Shown: positions 12,037 through 24,493, counted from the first letter of the stretch. The stretch is DNA of 64,000 nucleotides from Octopus sinensis (GCF_006345805.1 NC_043017.1:13144001-13208000), one strand, 5' to 3'. Made by a program: numbers and translations. The notes: generated by a model from the sequence alone, not told the origin.

Positions 12037-12635
12037 GGCGGCGAGCTGGCAGAAACGTTAGCACGCCGGGCGAAATGCTTAGCGGTATTTCGTCTGCGTT
12101 ACGTTGTGAGTTCAAATTCCACCGAGGTCGACTTTGCCTTTCATCCTTTCGGGGTCGATAAATTAAGTACCAGTTACGCACTGGGGTCGATGTAATCGAC
12201 TTAATACTTATGTCTGTCCTTGTTTGTCCCCTCTGTCTCTAGCCCCTTGTGGGTAATAAAGAAATAGGTATTTCGTCTGTGTTACGTTGTGAGTTCAAAT
12301 TCCGCCGAGGTCGACTTTGACTTTCATCCTTTCGGGGTCGATAAATTAAGTACCAGTTACGCACTGGGGTCGATGTAATCGACTTAATACTTATGTCTGT
12401 CCTTGTTTGTCCCCTCTGTGTCTAGCCCCTTGTGGGTAATAAAGAAATATGTATTTCGTCTGCGTTACGTTGTGAGTTCAAATTCCGCCGAGGTCGACTT
12501 TGCCTTTCATCCTTTCGGGGTCGATAAATTAAGTACCAGTTACGCACTGGGGTCGATGTAATCGACTTAATACCTATGTCTGTCCTTGTTTGTCCCCTCT
12601 GTGTTTAGCCCCTTGTGGGTAATAAAGAAATAGGT
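12037..12635 (+). mobile_element. SINE family B with a triplicated 183-bp body
   Basis: One head (ggcggcgagctggcagaa), body units at 12085, 12268 and 12451; core gtcgactttgcctttcatcctttcggggtcgataaattaagtacc. Confidence 0.92.
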
Positions 12636-12930
12636 TTGACAGATCTAGATGGAGCTCAAGGTCAGCAGAACTATAATTAGCTAATTTGGTAAATTTTTAT
12701 TATTAGAGGGTTTTTTTTTGTTTTGTTTTGTATCGTGTTAATTTGCCTTTGTACAATTTAGTTTAATATTTTACATGGATTGTATTTTGAACAAGCGGCC
12801 AAGAACATGGAGAATGTACAGTTTCGACAAGATGATCCAATTTATATATATATATATATATATAATTTCTTTCCTCCACCTCACTCTCTATTTTGTATCC
12901 TATCTATAACTTAACCATCCTCTCACACCA

Positions 12931-13365
12931 TCTCCGATGAAGGGATATCTTTATATATAAAAGTGAAGTTATGTGTCTGTCTCCTACGATTTAGATTCCT
13001 AACTACTCCCACATTTTGCGGTGCAGTGTAACCAAAAGCGGGTATCTTATAGTCGTGATTCATATCGATCCCTTCTGGGTATTAGCATGAGTCTACGATT
13101 TAAAAAAAAATTTTCCACCATTTTTCCCCATTTTTAATGCATTTTTTTTGCTATTATATAAGGGAAGTAACTCTCTAAAAATGTATTATTAAATCTCAGA
13201 ACGTAAAAAGCTACAGTAACACCCCCCTTTGTGGTTAGCCATATTGAGATGGCTTTTATACTTTACATCTCTAAAAATGCTTCTATAGTTATTTCCCTTA
13301 CAAACCCGAGCAACGCCAGGCGATACTGCTAGTAATTAATAAATATTCTGGAAACAGCTGTAAGA
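12931..13365 (+). ncRNA. Degenerate hammerhead-like motif split by a Helitron insertion
   Basis: Removing Helitron 12948-13332 gives UCU-CCGAUGA-AGGGAUA|UAAUUAAUAAAUAUUCUG-GAAAC-AGCU-GUA-AGA, with palindromic stem III ACAGCUGU and a 3-bp stem I. Confidence 0.5.
12948..13332 (+). mobile_element. Non-autonomous Helitron, copy 3
   Basis: A|TC start at 12948; subterminal hairpin; CTAG|T end at 13332. Confidence 0.88.
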
Positions 13366-13720
13366 CCTATCTATAAATGTTCTATCTACACAGCCTTGGT
13401 TTTTTTATCTCATTACGCAAAAAATTCTTATATATATATATATATATGTATGTATATATGCATGTGTGTATATGTACACACCTACACATTCTCCAGGCAA
13501 TTACGAGTGACAATCCCAGTAAAAAAGGAAAACCTAAAACGTTCAATATTTTGTTCACGTTCTTACCGCCAAAAAAAAAGCAGAAAACACGAACTCTCAC
13601 CCTGAATGCAGAAACAGTGACTGACGTAAGAATCACTAAGTAAATACACGACAATACACTTGTAATTATATACACTCCTTAGTCTCAGAAACCGAAATTG
13701 ATTACAGATCAAATAAACTG

Positions 13721-13732
13721 CATGACGTCATG
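13721..13732. promoter_or_regulatory. Perfect CRE palindrome CATGACGTCATG
   Basis: Motif only, in unique sequence; TGACGTAA at 13622-13629 nearby; no functional support. Confidence 0.2.
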
Positions 13733-14063
13733 AAATTACTTCAAGTAAATTCGATTTACAAATGAGCATATCAATTTTAAAAATTTCTTCTTTTTTTTAA
13801 ATGAGGGGTGGGTAATTTTGATAAGTTAAACGGTAAGTTAAACGAGAGCCTCAGAAATTTTCCAGTGTAATCAACGATAACATGGTTCTGATATCTAATT
13901 ACAGTGTAAGTGTGGAGGATGCGAAATGATGGTAAATCTGGAGACAGGTCATTCACCATCCTGAAACATTAGAGAGATGTGACGTCCAGGAAGTTTGATT
14001 CAAGCCCTCAAATGATAGAATTTCCTGTGTTTCATCGGTTCACTTAACCATATATATATATTA

Positions 14064-14366
14064 CTAGCAGTATCGCCCGGCGTTGCTCGGGTTTGGAAGG
14101 GAAATAACTATATAAGCATTTTTAGAGAGTTACTTCCCTTATATAATAGCAAAAAAAATGCATTAAAAATGGGAAAAAATTATGGTAAATTTTTTTTTAA
14201 ATCGTAGACTCATCGTAGACGACGCGCGCTAATACCCAGGAGGGCTCGATATGAATCACAACAATAAGATACCCACTTTTGGTTAAACTGCACCGCAAAA
14301 TGTGGGAGTAGTTAGGAATCTAAATCGTAGGAGACAGACACACAACTTCACTTTTATATATAAAGA
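14064..14366 (-). mobile_element. Non-autonomous Helitron, copy 4 (short)
   Basis: Same termini (ctagcagtatcgcccggcgttgctcggg ... tatataaaga|t). Confidence 0.87.
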
Positions 14367-14697
14367 TTTCAAAATTATTTATTTGGCTGACTTGAAATAA
14401 ACTTCCGAAACAATACTGATCTATTTTGAAATCGTGTGTGTGCGTGTAAGCTTTTGTAAAAATCACTTGATACAGTAACAATAACTAAAAAAGTTGGGGG
14501 GTTTTTTCAAGTTTACTTAAAAGAGATGTCTTTTAACAAAATGTCACTAACTTTTGTGGAAGAAGTTTGTGTATAGAGTGTATTTTATGTCTAATGTATT
14601 TTGTGTGTATAAGGCTTTCGTTGGCTTTTCGAGCGCGTTCCAGGCTAATGCACATAGATGGAGTCATTTTGCAATGGTGTAACATTTTTATAAAGTA

Positions 14698-15048
14698 CTA
14701 GCACTATGACCCGGCGTTGCTAGTGCATGCATATACAGCTGTGTGCGTGCGCACATACACGGGAATACTGTCCAAATCTCCGACCAAATCACATACAGCT
14801 AGCTGGCATTCAATTGGTGTATCAAGTTTTGGGCAGGGCATTTTGATTGGGTTTTGGATAGAAAATTCACAAAAAAGTCACTTCTATTGATGTTTTAATG
14901 GCTTTGCAGGGTGACTGGGGAAATGTTAAAATGTGCACGACCACCCTTTGACAGTTTTGAATGACCATAGAAAATGCGAGCCCTCTAACTGAAAAGTTGT
15001 GGATTTGTATAAAGGACACACAGACATTTTGCCGTTTATATATAGAGA
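14698..15048 (-). mobile_element. Divergent non-autonomous Helitron with related termini
   Basis: a|ctagcactatgacccggcgttgc ... gccgtttatatatagaga|t; internal sequence differs from the other copies. Confidence 0.65.
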
Positions 15049-15629
15049 TTGTTGTCTTTCCTAGTTGATCATTTTCATCTTATTTTGTGAAAGGAGAATA
15101 TTCTAGATTTACAATTTTGCACAAATGTCTACATGGACGAATCTTTAATTTACTGCTTATGTAGTTTAAACAATTGGTTAGTTGTGTTCTCATTGCATTG
15201 TGGGCATGTGATTCAGTAAATGAGACTTTTAATTTTGCAATTCATGTTTGCATTCACTTTCAATGCCTGCAAATTCTCAAATCTTCTGGTTGTCCATTGC
15301 TCAATTATTTCACGTCTCACAACGAGGGCTTCCACAGTTTGTAACTAGTATTATATCTTTCTCTGATGTTAATCTCATCTTTGGTAGAAGTCTCTTGAGA
15401 CTTGGTGGTTGTCTTCAGCTGATGATACAATTTTTTTTAATATTTCTCGGAAATTTGATGATTGATGTAAAATTGGGAGATATAGTTTGGCTGAATGTAA
15501 GGTGTTGTAGTTATTAGGATTATGCATGACTACAAATGGAATATTTATATTTGATTTTAGTTCGAAAATAGGAAGCACTTCAAGAATCTATTTCAATTCT
15601 CTTTTAAATAGGTTTGGAAATAGTAATCA

Positions 15630-16024
15630 CTAGCAGTATCGCCCGGCGTTGCTCGGGTTGTAAGGGAAATAACTATATAAGCATTTTTAGAGAGTTATAG
15701 CCAAAAAATAGCAAAAAAAATGCATTAAAAATTGAAAAAAAATTAAGGTAAATTTTTTATAAATCGTTGACACATCGCAGATATTTTTAGAGAGTTACTT
15801 CCCTTATATAAAAGCGAAAAAAGTGCATTAAAATGGAAAAATATGATGGTAAATTTTTTTTAAATCGTAGACTCATCGTAGACGCGCGCTAATACCCAGA
15901 AGGGCTCGATATGAATCACGACTATAAGATACCCGCTTTTGGTTAAACTGCACCCCAAAATGTGGGAGTAATTACGAATGTAAATCGAAGGGGACAGACA
16001 CACAACTTCACTCTTATATAAAGA
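15630..16024 (-). mobile_element. Non-autonomous Helitron, copy 5
   Basis: Same termini and body as copy 1. Confidence 0.85.
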
Positions 16025-17058
16025 TGCTTTTTTTTTTCAGTCATAGAGTTAGATTTATGAAGGTCTTCAGTAGAAAATCCTTCGAATTCTGACTCGCTGC
16101 TTGATATAATGAAATTCGTATCCATTTTTTGTCAGAATTACAAATTTTGAAAACACAATAGGAACAAATTTCGGAAAAAAATCTCCCATAATTCACGGAA
16201 TTAAAATTACACTTCGATTTTTGTACAAAACTGTATTTGAAATGTTTACGAAGTATAATACGTGTTTTCACGAATGTACTAAAGAGATTTACTCTGATAT
16301 TCTCATTTAAATATGAATAGGTAAATTCGGGCGGTTTGGTAACGAAAGGGTTTATATAAGTGTCGTCTGTTTATACATAAACACTGTTTCATAGTTTCAG
16401 TTTAGTCTTCCTCAAATCACTGTCGCTAATTTACTCTCTTCCAAGAACATTTTCACTCACTGTTATCTGTTAGCTTCCCATACATTTTACTCATGTATCT
16501 ATCAGCGTGATAGACAGAAACAAATATTACATTTACTTTCATTTTATTCGTTGCCCACTGTGTGTGTGCGTTTGCGTGTGGTGTAAACCAGACTAAGAAA
16601 AGCATTTGACACACACACCAGAATGTGAGTTTTCTGTAAATTTTGCTTAATTGGAGTTTAAATTTTAAAAACTGGAGCTGGCATGACGCGATGCATTGTA
16701 CTCTTAAAACTGCTAGGTAAATTGTAATTGAAGAAATCCTATATTGTAGATTTGTATAACTCCCAAAGGGAGGCAGATAAAATCTGCCTTTTATAATAAG
16801 AGATAAGTAATTCTAGACGGGATTCTGTCTTTATTCTTTCTGGATTATAGTTTAGGATGTCTAGGTCACCTCTGATGACAAGGAACCAATTTGCACAAAG
16901 GTTTCAAAACTACAATATCAATACCTGTGTGTGTGTGTGTGTGTACAATATCTCCACGTTGGTCAAGCTCCACTACTTCAATGCAACATCACCACCATCA
17001 CATAGGAAGGCTTTGTTCAATTTTTAAAATTTTGACAAAGAATGTCTAGTTTATGCTT

Positions 17059-17121
<63 letters not shown>

Positions 17122-18127
17122 CAATGACCGTTATGTCAAAGGTTATTGATGTCTTGAACTAATGACCCCATGATCAAAGAACGACCTATCTAATTCTTGT
17201 CTGTATTGTGAACTTCACCTCACTGTTCCAGTTAATCATCACCATCAACTTCTTTATATTTCACACCTCATATCAACTTTTGGTTTGCACATTCTTACAA
17301 CAGATTCCCACCACTTTAAGCTGAATCTATAGCAACAATTACTTCCAATCAACAATATCAAGAGAAACCATGTTTTAAGCAATGGTGTTTTTTTTTTGTT
17401 TTTTTTTTTTTTCCGTTTTTTAACTAGGTGCCCATGTTGACACAAGCAGACAGACGTCTTGCAACCTGGCCAAATTTGAAACAGTAGACCTATCAGGAAG
17501 TGACAAGTACAGAGAGAGAGGGAGATGAGACACACCAGCACTAAGCTGATGCTGACGATGAAAGGATGAAAAAAAAAAAAAAAACCGACGGCCCTGGCAG
17601 GATTTGAACTCAGAGCCAGATATAAATTATTGCTATGTATTCAAACCAATATTCCAACAACTCTGCCAAGTGATCCCCGTAGATTACAATACACAGCATA
17701 TATTAAGATAATACAGGGTATTTCTAATCTCAAGTAAGCTACTATAACAGAGGTGGAGGAAACATTTTATTTACAAAGTGTTGTGAAAGACACTTCTGAA
17801 TTGAAAAACAGAAGGAATTTTAAATCGTATGTATGAACACGATCACACTAAACAACATTAATGAAAACGTTTTTGTGCATTTATTAACCAGATAATTATA
17901 TTTCAAAAATTCATACAGAGTACTGAAAGCAACTTTTTGCCAACCATATACCACTTAGTCGAGAGGGAAAGCAACTACCCAAGATCCATTAATAAAGTTT
18001 CTGACTGGTGAGAGGAGCAAGGAAGATATATTCAAATTAAACCAAAGACCAAGCCTGGATCTTCGCAACAGAATGAACCCCACCCTAAAAGAACGCAAGA
18101 ACCAAGTAGTGGTATCGAACAGAGCGA

Positions 18128-18436
18128 CAGAGGGGTTCTCAACTATTTTTTTTATCTATAGACCCCTTTAATTACTATTTTACGCTGGTGGATCCCCCTA
18201 GCCATTCGATGTTTAAAAACTAGTTTTATAGATACTTCGTTTGAAATTCCTAGTTTGTTTTCCCTACTAACTTTTTCTAAGTTGAATTATGTAAAATGTT
18301 CTGTTTCTTGTAATACATACATCTAAAGCAAAAAATTTTCAGGGACCCTTAAAATACTATTGTGGATCCCCAATTTACTATTTTGTTTCACAGAGCCCGA
18401 AAAGTCTTATATGGACCTTCAGGCTGAGAACCAGTG
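18128..18436. mobile_element. hAT(Charlie)-like MITE relic
   Basis: cagaggggttctcaac ... ggctgagaaccagtg. Confidence 0.5.
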
Positions 18437-18520
18437 GATTAAGTCAACCATTCTCAAGTAGAACCACAAAAGGATTTTAATTCGGAATGCAAAGTAACCA
18501 ATACCAGTCCAACACTATGG

Positions 18521-18905
18521 TGGAAGCACTCCGTCGGTTATGACGATGAGGGTTCTGGTTGATCCGAATCAATGGAACAGCCTGCTCGTGAAATTAACGT
18601 GTAAGTGGCTGAGCACTCCACAGACACGTGCACCCTTAATGTAGTTCTCGGGGATATTCAGCGTGACACAGAGAGTGACAAGGCCGGCCCCTTGAAATAC
18701 AGGTACAACAGAAACAGGAAGTAAGAGTGAGAGAAAGTTGTCGTGAAAGAGTACAGCAGGGATCACTACCATCTACTGCCGGAGCCTCGTGGAGCTTTTA
18801 GGTGTTTTCGCTCAATAAACACTCACAACGCCCGGTCTGGGAATCGAAACCGCGATCCTATGACTGCGAGTCCGCTGCCCTAACCACCGGGCCATTGCGC
18901 CTCCT
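18521..18905 (-). mobile_element. SINE family D, 14-bp TSD
   Basis: gtccaacactatgg / gtccaacgctatag. Confidence 0.92.
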
Positions 18906-19083
18906 GTCCAACGCTATAGCCATTCCACTACTCTAATATTCTAGAGAGTTACTTTATCAACCCTTAGTAATGATCAATGGCAAAACTGGCCTTAGCAGGA
19001 TTTTGACTCAAAAGACAGTCATGTACAATAAATGGTGGACACTTGTAATAACGACAGATACGGGTTGTGCAATTTCTTGCAGC

Positions 19084-19367
19084 TCATCATCATCATCGTT
19101 TAATGTCCGTTCTCCATGCTAGCATGGGTTGGACGGTTCGACCGGGGATCTGGGAAGCCAGAAGGCTGCACCAGGCTCCGGTCTTATCTGGCAATGTTTC
19201 TACAGCTGGATGCCCTTCATAACGCCAACCACTCTGCGAGTGTAGTGGGTGCTTTTTACGTGCCACCTGCACTGGTGCCAGGCGAGGCTGGCATCAGCCA
19301 CGGTCAGATTGGTGCATTTTACGTGCCACCTGCACGGGAGCCAGTCGAGGCGGCACTGGCTTCGGCC
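19084..19367 (-). mobile_element. Family C
   Basis: Two GCACGTAAAA modules + tail. Confidence 0.9.
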
Positions 19368-19711
19368 CTCAACCTGTATAAATGATTTGCTTATAATGAT
19401 CAAACGCTTGTGCCAATCAGCATCATCTCTCCATCAAATTGACATCGGTTGTACAGATGCACAGTATGTTCCATAAATCAGATGACAAAACTGAATAAAC
19501 ACCACAAGGTATTTCATTCAATATTTTCAGTTTTAAATGTTAAACAAAAGGTTTAACAGTTTCAGATTTGAATACAATTGAAATTATACCTACAGACAAA
19601 ACTCCTCATTGCCTCGTGCAGTCATTTCAGCTGCTTGAAACAGCAGCTAAATCACCATTAAATCACACCCTATTGTCTTAAAACAAGGCATACTGAATAA
19701 TGTTACTCCTA

Positions 19712-20096
19712 TACTCTTTTACTTGTTTCAGTCATTTGACTGCGGCCATGCTGGAGCACCGCCTTTAGTCGAGCAACTCGACCCCAGGACTTATTCTTTG
19801 TAAGCCCAGTACTTATTCTATCGTTCTCTTTTGCCGAACCGCTAAGTGACGGGGACGTAAACACACCAGCATCGGTTGTCAAGCAATGCTAGAGGGACAA
19901 ACACAGACACACAAACATATATATACATATATCCGACAGGCTTCTTTCAGTTTCCATCTACCAAATCCACTCACAAGGCCTTGGTCGGCCCGAGGCTATA
20001 GCAGAAGACACTTGCCCAAGATGCCATGCAGTGGGACTGAACCCGGAACCATGTGGTTGGTTAGCAAGCTACTTACCACACAGCCACTCCTGCGCC
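19712..20096 (-). mobile_element. SINE family A
   Basis: Full-length, reverse. Confidence 0.9.
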
Positions 20097-20130
20097 TATA
20101 TAGACTTTTTTTTTACAAAATAGCAAAATA

Positions 20131-21230
20131 TAGGCGCAGGTGTGACTGCTATAAGAAGCTTGCTTCCCAACCACCTGGTTCCGGGTTCAGTCCCACTTCA
20201 TGGAACCTTGGACAAGTGTCTTCAACTTCGGGCCAACAAATGCCTTGTGAGGATTTGGTAGACAGAAACTGAAAGAAGCCTGTCGTGTGTGTGTGTGTTT
20301 GTCTGTCTCCCCTACTACCACCTGTGTCGATTTGTTCGACCAAAATTCAAGGCAGTGCTCCAGTATGGACGCAGTCAAATTACTGAAAAAAGTAAAAGAT
20401 ATTCCTGGATGAAATATCATTGATTATGTGGTTGCCTGCTCAAAGCAGACCAGAGATAAAGAAAAATATTAAACAAATAGGCGCAGGAGTGGCTGTGTGG
20501 TAAGTAGCTTGTTTACCAACCACATGGTTCCGGGTTCAGTCCCACTGCGTGGCATCTTGGGCAAGTGTCTTCTGCTATAGCCCCGGGCCGACCAATGCCT
20601 TGTGAGTGGATTTGGTAGACGGAAACTGAAAGAAGCCTGTCGTATATATGTATATATATAAGTGTGTGTGTATATGTTTGTGTGTCTGTGTTTGTTCCCC
20701 TAGCATTGCTTGACAACCGATGCTGGTGTGTTTACGTCCCCGTCACTTAGCGGTTCGGTAAAAGAGACCGATAGAATAAGTACAGGGCTTACAAAGAATA
20801 AGTCCCGGGGTCGATTTGCTAGACTAAAGGTGGTGCTCCAGCATGGCCGTAGTCAAATGACTGAAACAAGTAAAAGAGTAAAGAACTTTTCCATCAGTTA
20901 GACAGAATTTAAAGATATTTTTCAGTTACAGAGGCATGGCTGTGTGGTTAAGAAGCTTGCTTTGCAACCACATGGTTATGGGTTCAGTCCTACTGCGCAG
21001 CACATTGAGAAAGGTGTCTTCTACAGCCCAGGTCAAAGCAATACTTTGAGTGAATTTGGTCGACAAACTGCGTGGAAGCCTGTCGTATATGTATGGGGCT
21101 GTAAGTCAGAGTGCGTCAACCACGCCTCCCACACACGCACAATGCTTGACAACCGGTGTTGGTTTGTTTACATCACTGACTTAATTCTGGAAAAAGATAC
21201 CAATGGAATAGTACCATCACCCTCATTTAA
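20131..21230 (+). mobile_element. Three successive family-A copies (old 20131-20400, young 20480-20880, old 20933-21230)
   Basis: Shared head/core motifs. Confidence 0.8.
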
Positions 21231-21337
21231 TGTATGTTTTCCACGCTGGCATGGAAGATGATGGGTTGACAAACTGGCAAGGTACACCAGGTTCTATAGT
21301 CGGTTTTGGATTAGTTCCTTCGGCTGGCTGGCCCTCC

Positions 21338-21988
21338 GGAAAGACTTCCGCCCGTCCCCCCATTTTCTTCTAAATTTGTCTTTTTTTTTTTCCAAAAAAC
21401 CCCCTTTTTGGATACGGAGGTTCGGAAAATTGCCAAAAATCAGCATTGTGAAATTTCCACACCTCCATCCCCCACAATTCTTCAATTTTGACTTTTTTCC
21501 CCAACACTAACCCTAACCCAAAAAACCCTAACAGTAACTACAGAAATGTTTTGAAATTTTTGTCCGAATCAGAATGTCCGTATTTTTCCGCATATTTAGA
21601 AAAAAAATTCTTAAAAACAATTTTTGGAATTTTTTTTCAGAATCATAATCTCCGGATTTTTCCGCATATTTAGAAGAAAAAAAATTCTTAAAAACAATTT
21701 TTGGAATTTTTTTTCAGAATCGTAATCTCCGTATTTTTCCGCATATTTTGAACAAAAAATTCTTAAAAACAATTTTTGGAATTTTTTTTCAGAATCATAA
21801 TCTCCGTATTTTTCCGCATATTTTGAACAAAAAATTTCTGAAAAAAGTAAAAAATGAAGGAAATAGGGAATGGGGTTTAAAAATGCCGATTTTTTTTTGC
21901 AGATTCGTATTCTCCATAGCCGAAAAGGGGAATTTGTGTCGAAAGAAAATTTTTTTAAGTGTGTGGGGGAACAGGCGGAAGTCTTGCC
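21338..21988. mobile_element. TIR element (GG(C/A)AAGACTTCCGCC) inserted in a family-C relic, TSD GCCCT(T)CC
   Basis: aagacttccgcccgtccccc / gggggaacaggcggaagtctt are inverted; host continuity ggctg..gcccttcc|taa; contains CCCTAA-like motifs and a ~75-bp tandem repeat. Confidence 0.7.
21577..21840. repeat. ~75-bp tandem repeat, ~3.5 copies
   Basis: tccgtatttttccgcata at 21577, 21651, 21728 and 21803; a related fragment lies on the minus strand near 47390-47540. Confidence 0.85.
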
Positions 21989-22491
21989 GCCCTTCCTAAA
22001 GGCAATCACATTACATTGTGTACTGGGTGCTCTTTACGTGGCACCTTGGTTGTAGGGTCTCGATTCTGTTGTGTGGGCACCGAGGTTGATTTGTTCAAAT
22101 AAACCATTCAAGACAGCAGTGCCCCACATGCACACACGCATAGAGGAAGTTATAAGTGCACTAAACAGTGGTAAGTTCCTGGAGAGCCAAACCTGTAATC
22201 TGGTTTCCTTGGTCATTGTATTTCACTTCATTTTAACATTGTGAAAGCAGCAGCGAAGGCAAGAATCTGATCAGGTCAACTTGACTTAACCTTGACACTT
22301 CAGTTGTACTCTGATGACAATAATGCTAATAGGAATTTTAATTTTGAACACACACAGAGGTACGTAAACATACACACAGTGTTTTAAAATTATCAATACA
22401 TACTTAAAAAGATACTTTTAAATGTGCTGATACTAGTTTCAAAGAAACTGCATATAACTATATTTCTTTATATAAAATATATAATCACATA

Positions 22492-22525
<34 letters not shown>

Positions 22526-22533
22526 ATGAGTAT

Positions 22534-22765
22534 ACCTATTTCCTTACTACCCACAGGGGGCTAAACACAGAAGGGACAAACAAGGACAGACAAAGGGATT
22601 AAGTCGATTACATCGACCCCAGTGCGTAACTGGTACTTAATTTATCGACCCCGAAAGGATGAAAGGCAAAGTTGACCTCGGCGAATTTGAACTCAGAACA
22701 TAACGGCAGACGAAATACGGCTACGCATTTCGCCCGGCGTGCTAATGAATCTGCCAGCTCGCCGC
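22534..22765 (-). mobile_element. SINE family B
   Basis: Full-length, reverse. Confidence 0.9.
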
Positions 22766-23624
22766 ACCATCGTTGCCGGGTATTTTCACAATAGAAGGCC
22801 TTGGCAGACTTTCGGAATAGCACATCCACATAAGGAGGGATTTTTTTCCGTGTCGACGGGGATTTTTAAATTTGTTTTTCACCACTCCTGCAAATGATGG
22901 TTGGAAAGGGGAGCTTTTTAGTAATAAAAATTTTGAAAACTTATGAAATGCCCCTTCCCCGCCTTCCGGACCGATTTTGTCCACTTTTTTTTCTTTTCAC
23001 TAACCACTTAAAAACAAAGGAGACTCCTTTCGGTGAAAGAGAAAAAATAAAAAAGTTTCTAACTTATGATTTTTTTTCCAGCCTCCGCCCTTCCCCACTC
23101 AGTACCGATTTTGGGCTTTTTTTTTTTTGCACTACGCATTTAAAACGATGTGAGAAACCTTAAAGTTTACAAAAAGAAATTTAGAAATCGGCGATGACTA
23201 TATTACAATCCCACATGCTTTAATTTCAAGTAGAAAATGAGACATAATTTAAAAACAATAGTGAAACTTATTTTTAATTAACCCAACCGGACTCCACCAT
23301 AAACCCAAAAGTCTCGGCATTTTTTTCAAAATATTTTTTAATCAGTTTTAATATACGGATTGTCAGAAGCTGCAATTTGCTTAAGTTTATACTTTCAACA
23401 TAATTTTCAGACGAAAAGGCGTGTGATTTAAGGGAGATTAAGCTGTTGTTTCTAGCACATCCCACAACCACTTGGTACCGACCTCGTTTCCTTGTCATCG
23501 ACATGTATTGATGTTTTCCGATATTCTTCTCCCCCGTAAACACGTTTTAGGAAATGATGCGGTGGTCCGAGTGACTGACTGATGGGATTTAAGCAACAAG
23601 AAATTATTTAAATCTTTAGGTCCC

Positions 23625-23855
23625 ATTTCTTTATTACCCACAAGGGGCTAAACATAGAAGGGACAAACAAGGACAGACATAGGTATTAAGTCGATTACAT
23701 CGACCCCAGTGCGTAACTGGTACTTAATTTATCGACCCCGAAAGGATGAAAGGTAAAGTCGACCTCGGCGGAATTTGAACTCACAACATAACGGCAGACG
23801 AAATACCGCTAAGCATTTCGCCCGACGTGCCAACATTTCTGCCAGCTCGCCACCT
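23625..23855 (-). mobile_element. SINE family B
   Basis: Full-length, reverse. Confidence 0.9.
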
Positions 23856-23936
23856 TAAATCTTTAGGTCCACCCCACATTAAGCGAGCGCACGCATGTAT
23901 ACCAAAAAACAGAAAAGTATGCTATTAAAATAAATC

Positions 23937-24358
23937 CTTTACTCTTTTCTCTTTTACTTGTTTCAGTCATTTGACTGCGGCCATGCTGGAGCACCGCCTT
24001 TAGTCGAGCAAATCGACCCCGGGACTTATTCTTTTGTAAGCCCAGTACTTATTCTATCGGTCTCTTTTGCCGAACCGCTAAGTGACGGGGACGTAAACAC
24101 ACCAGCATCGGTTGTCAAGCAATGCTAGGGGGACAAACACAGACACACAAACACACACATGCATATATATACATACATATATATATACATAAATACGACG
24201 GGCTTCTTTCAGTTTCCGTCTACCAAATCCACTCACAAGGCATTGGTCGGCCCGGGGCTATAGCAGAAGACACTTGCCCAAGATGCCACGCAGTGGGACT
24301 GAACCCAGAACCATGTGGTTGGTTAGCAATCTACTTACCACACAGCCACTCCTGCGCC
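23937..24358 (-). mobile_element. SINE family A
   Basis: Full-length, reverse. Confidence 0.9.
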
Positions 24359-24493
24359 TTTGCATACCTCTTTTAAATCACTCAGTCGCCTTAATGAAGT
24401 TCCTTACGTGCGCGCATACACTGACAAATGCAGAGTGAGCGATAAGCTTTTATAGAGAATGAGAAAGTTAACCATGAAAAAATGAAAGAGATA

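Noticed and set aside
16260-16805. Seventh Helitron
   Set aside because: A 5'-like end (A|TCTCTTATTATAAAAGG, minus strand) is present, but I found no matching hairpin + CTAG end.
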